Origin: the human T2T-CHM13v2.0 reference genome, Homo sapiens
NCBI RefSeq assembly: GCF_009914755.1
Contig: NC_060928.1
Strand: one strand, 5' to 3'
DNA length: 64,000 nucleotides
Positions 59,937 to 64,000 of the stretch are shown piece after piece (position 1 is the first letter of the stretch; each line of letters starts with the position of its first letter). Both the position numbers and the translations under genes were made by a program. The notes below the pieces were generated by a model, which worked only from the letters and a program-made list of their open reading frames with translations, ran no database searches and was not told where the DNA came from.

Positions 59937-60991
59937 GACTAGTAAAAATGTTTTTAAAATATTGGTGGTTTTCAACTTTCAGAATCAGAGTCTTATTCAG
60001 CAATGTGCAATGATTGCTGAAAATTTCTAAATATTCCTGCCAAATTACATTGAAACATTAGGGCTTTTTACTTTTTCATTTTCTCAGAAAATGACTTACC
60101 TGTTTGAATATGTAGCCATTTTGTATTTATTTTGATAGATATTGTAAAGCCATTTTCCTTTTTGTAGTTTAATAGAGATTTCCTTTTAAGTTTTTGCTTT
60201 AAAGCTGTCCATATGGCTACCATATTCAACATTGTATCCTGGCATCTCACTCAGTTTTTTAAAAATTAAATATTGGAAGTCAAGAATAAAAATAATGATT
60301 TGTACTCATTGATGAATTCAACAAACATTTGACTGCCTAATATTTGCCAGTCACCATGCTAGGTGTTAGTAAAGAAACAATACCTGAAACAGCTCTCATG
60401 TTAAAGGAGTTCATGAATGCAAACTGCACATATAAATGTAGAAAAATATTAACCATGTTAAGGAATAGTTTGATAAAGTAGTTATTCTATTAATAGAGGA
60501 TTATCGTATGTGCATTAAATAAGATTGCCCATTTTCAACTGTTCTACAAGATCTATCTGTACCAAATGTGATTTAATTATTTATAATTTAGATTAACAGG
60601 GATTTCTAAGTCAGTAAAAGACTGCTTAGCTTTATATCTGTATGTGTTTATACAGTGATTAGAAAGAAAAAAGGGAAAGTTTACTTACTTTTGAGTTAGG
60701 ATAAGTATCTTTAGTGAAATTGTTTGTCCCTTACTTCTACATCCTATTCCTTGGTTTACAATCACAGATATATTAAACATGATTGGTTCTCAGAGTTTGT
60801 CCCCCTTACCTTAGATCTTTACTAAACTTATAAATCTCACAACTACCCCACATGAACTATTATAATCACAGACGAGGTTTATATAAATTGTTTTGGTTTA
60901 TTGTCTGTTCTAAAAATATGGTAGAATTTAGTTAATGAACAGTGAAGTCATGCTGGAAAGACATCTTTCAGTAATCTAAACTCTACTGATA

Positions 60992-61066
60992 CTAGGTTGA
61001 ATCATGTGAAGTTGCCTTTTTGGTGGATTAAAAAGGATCAAAATATGGGCAGTTTCATGTGGATTA
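60992..61066. mobile_element. MADE2-like mariner MITE
   Basis: taggttgaatcatgtgaagttgcc...ggcagtttcatgtgg imperfect inverted repeat. Confidence 0.6.
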
Positions 61067-61449
61067 AAATAAACACAATATTAATAAATTCCATTTCCAT
61101 TAGTTACATAGTATTTATTGCTTATTTCTGCAACTGCTATTTCCCTCTTAAATATTTTTATTTTCTTTGCAGGGCTGTTTCTTTTCATAGCAAATGTTCA
61201 GCCTTCTATTATTTCACTTCTTGATAGTAAATTTGCCTTTGAAAATACAAGATCTTTCACCTTCTCTTGGCTCTTCCACCTTCTCTTGGCTCTTCCATTC
61301 ATAAGTATTTTGCTTTTAGCTGACACTTATAAAATGTGGGAAAGCACCAAGTACTTTTATTTGTGTCTGAAAGTTCTGCCTCATTAGTAAAAAGCCCAGA
61401 GTTAAGCACTGCCATGAGGACCAGTAAAAGACAATTTATTTCCTCAAGA

Positions 61450-63120
61450 AATTTGCAGTTTTAAGGGAAAGATAAAAATGCCCAACTGCTTTATAGACAA
61501 AATCTACTAAGTACCACTCATTTATTCAACATGTAGTCGCTGTCTCTATATACTATGTGTATTCAATTATATGTGGTGTTTTGGTTTAGAGAAAGGAAGG
61601 ATTTTGTCTAGATAAGGGATATCAAGAGAGACTTCATAAAGGATAAAGGAGATGGCATGGAGTAGAAGGCAGTCATTTAGTAGAAAGGTCAGGAAATGGA
61701 CGTGAAGCCCAACATTTGCTTTTATGGCTGAGACTACTGTAAATCATTTAATCTCTCTTCAGTTCTTTATCTTTGCAAGGATGAAGTTTAGACTAATGAT
61801 TTTCATTCTTTGTTCAAGGATAAAGGCGTGGGAAGGGCTCCGGGCTGCCCTTCGTCAAAAACAGCTGTGCTTTTCATCTCTCATATGTTATGTATTGAAG
61901 TTCTACAAGATAGTTTGCTTGAAGAAAACCAAACTTCTAAATTCAGACTTCTAAACTTCCACTTTTAAAATTGTTCAAAAACCACTAAATTGCTCATTTC
62001 TAAGTTTAAGCCCCCTTTTAGCTCTCAGGTGATCTAAGGCAAGCACTGAAGGATGGGTAAAATTTGGTAGGCTGAAATGGGAGAGAAAATGCATTATATT
62101 TGGAAATAATAAAGATTAGAGATGAATTGTGTTCAAGATTAGAGAAGAGAAAACTAGAAATTTAGGAGGCCATGATAATAGCCTACATAATAGATAATGA
62201 TGACCCAAACCAGGGTTGTTACCATTTATAAAGAAGATAAATTCAAATAACGATGGGATGCTAGGCAATGAAAACAGAATATATGAAATAAAGGAGATGG
62301 ACTAGACAAAGGTAACTCCATGACTTTGAGCTGGGTGACTGGAGGTACCATTACTACAAGTAGAGAAGTCAAGAATGGAATATGATTTGGCTGAAAAGAT
62401 TTGAAGTTTTGACATTTTTAAGGTGGTAATAAGATGGTTAATTGGAGATAGATAGCAATAAGAAATATGGTAACAGAGACCTTAAGAAAGTTTTGGACCT
62501 TTGGTAAAAGGTTGGGAAATCAGTCGTTCGCAAATATTATGCAGATAATTAACGGTAATTATTGAAGTTGTGAGAAAAGATGTTTGCCTCTTCAGGGAGT
62601 ATACAAAGAGGATTAGGGCTAGAACCTCAAGGAACACTCAAATATTGGATTTGGAAAAATAAGGAAACATGGAGTTATTTGACAGGTAAGTGTAGAGTGA
62701 GGATAGCACAAAGAGAATAAAATAAGCATTCTAAAGTGCTGCAGAGGGGTCAAGGAGAATGAGAACTATAAAAATAACTTTTGATTTGGCAACCATGAGT
62801 TCACTGGTGTCTAAAACAGCAGTTCGCAAACCTGGTTGCTCGGGAGAAGCACCACTCCAAGATAGTCTGAGCAAATCAGGGGAAAGTTCCCAAATCTGCA
62901 TTTTGACAAGTTATTACAGGTGATTTGATACAGGTGGTACTTTGTCCACACTTTGAAAAATACCACCCTGCAGAATAATAATAAAAAGTAGTATCAGAAT
63001 TGAGATTGGCCATCATTAAGGAATGAATGGAAGATGAGAAGTTGTAGGCAATGTCTGCATTCTATTCTTCCTAGCAGTTTGGTGATGAGAATAATATGGT
63101 TAGGATGTTTTAAATGTTTG
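61450..63120 (-). mobile_element. L2/MIR/MER5-type ancient fragments
   Basis: Purine-rich L2-like motifs; boundaries vague. Confidence 0.5.
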
Positions 63121-63142
63121 TTTAAAGATTACGGAGATTTCT

Positions 63143-63462
<320 letters not shown>

Positions 63463-64000
63463 TTATAGTGGAGCCACCTAATGTGATTTTTACAACTTGT
63501 TTTGGGTCCTAATGGATGTTAGCCAGGTCAGAGAATTGACCCAGCTGTAATTGGGTCAGCTGTGATTATAGAGAATCTAGGCTGATATGAATATATTACT
63601 GAAATGGCTGAAGCCAAAATGAGGGAAATAAGAGTAAAGAGAAGAATTGAGTGGAAGTAAAGCAGTTTCATTGAGTAATGGGCAGATTATGTTCAGGGTA
63701 TTTTCAGTGTGAGTTCATAGAAATTTAACCCTGGCCTGTATTTTTTCATGCTCCCCTCCACCTTATCCCCAACTGAACTCAATTATTAGCAGAAATAGTA
63801 CAGTAGTTAAAATAGACATGAATGATGGCTTATGAATGGAGACTTAATAGTGGGTTGTTTTAGCCTTTGAGAGGTGTGTATGGGCCCTGAGACAGCTAGA
63901 GCCCTGGACAGTTAACTCTGGCCTCAGGCAGCCTGTTATTTACTCCACTGTGCAATGCCATTTTCTTATCTGTGCCATGGCATAAGTAAGTATGGTTAGA

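Overview
Human (primate) genomic DNA containing the complete + strand gene ADAD1 (TENR; testis-specific adenosine deaminase domain-containing protein 1, recognised from the translated protein; from memory at 4q27). I assembled 11 coding exons by hand (10216-10387, 11138-11326, 13945-14112, 23730-23798, 26394-26519, 38047-38170, 41361-41531, 42719-42948, 45524-45761, 51405-51534, 59772-59885). Together they give 1731 nt, i.e. 576 aa plus stop, with one dsRNA-binding domain and an ADAR-like deaminase domain that lacks catalytic residues. A CpG-island promoter with candidate non-coding 5' exons lies at ~9.1-9.9 kb, and the 3' UTR is probably very short. The rest is ordinary interspersed repeat: two near full-length antisense intronic L1s, older L1M fragments, about 22 Alus, LTRs, DNA-transposon fossils, L2 and MIR. 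Almost all ORFs in the track are L1, Alu or chance ORFs. I found no evidence of a wholly new biological system. The best leads are a GC-AG intron splitting the dsRBD, a spliced uORF ending 4 nt before the start codon, a pristine AluYa5 next to the promoter, two very tightly spaced inverted Alu pairs, in-frame alternative acceptors, a possible stop-free circRNA and a fold-back repair scar in an L1 RT motif. Repeat subfamily names and most repeat boundaries are approximate, judged by eye.
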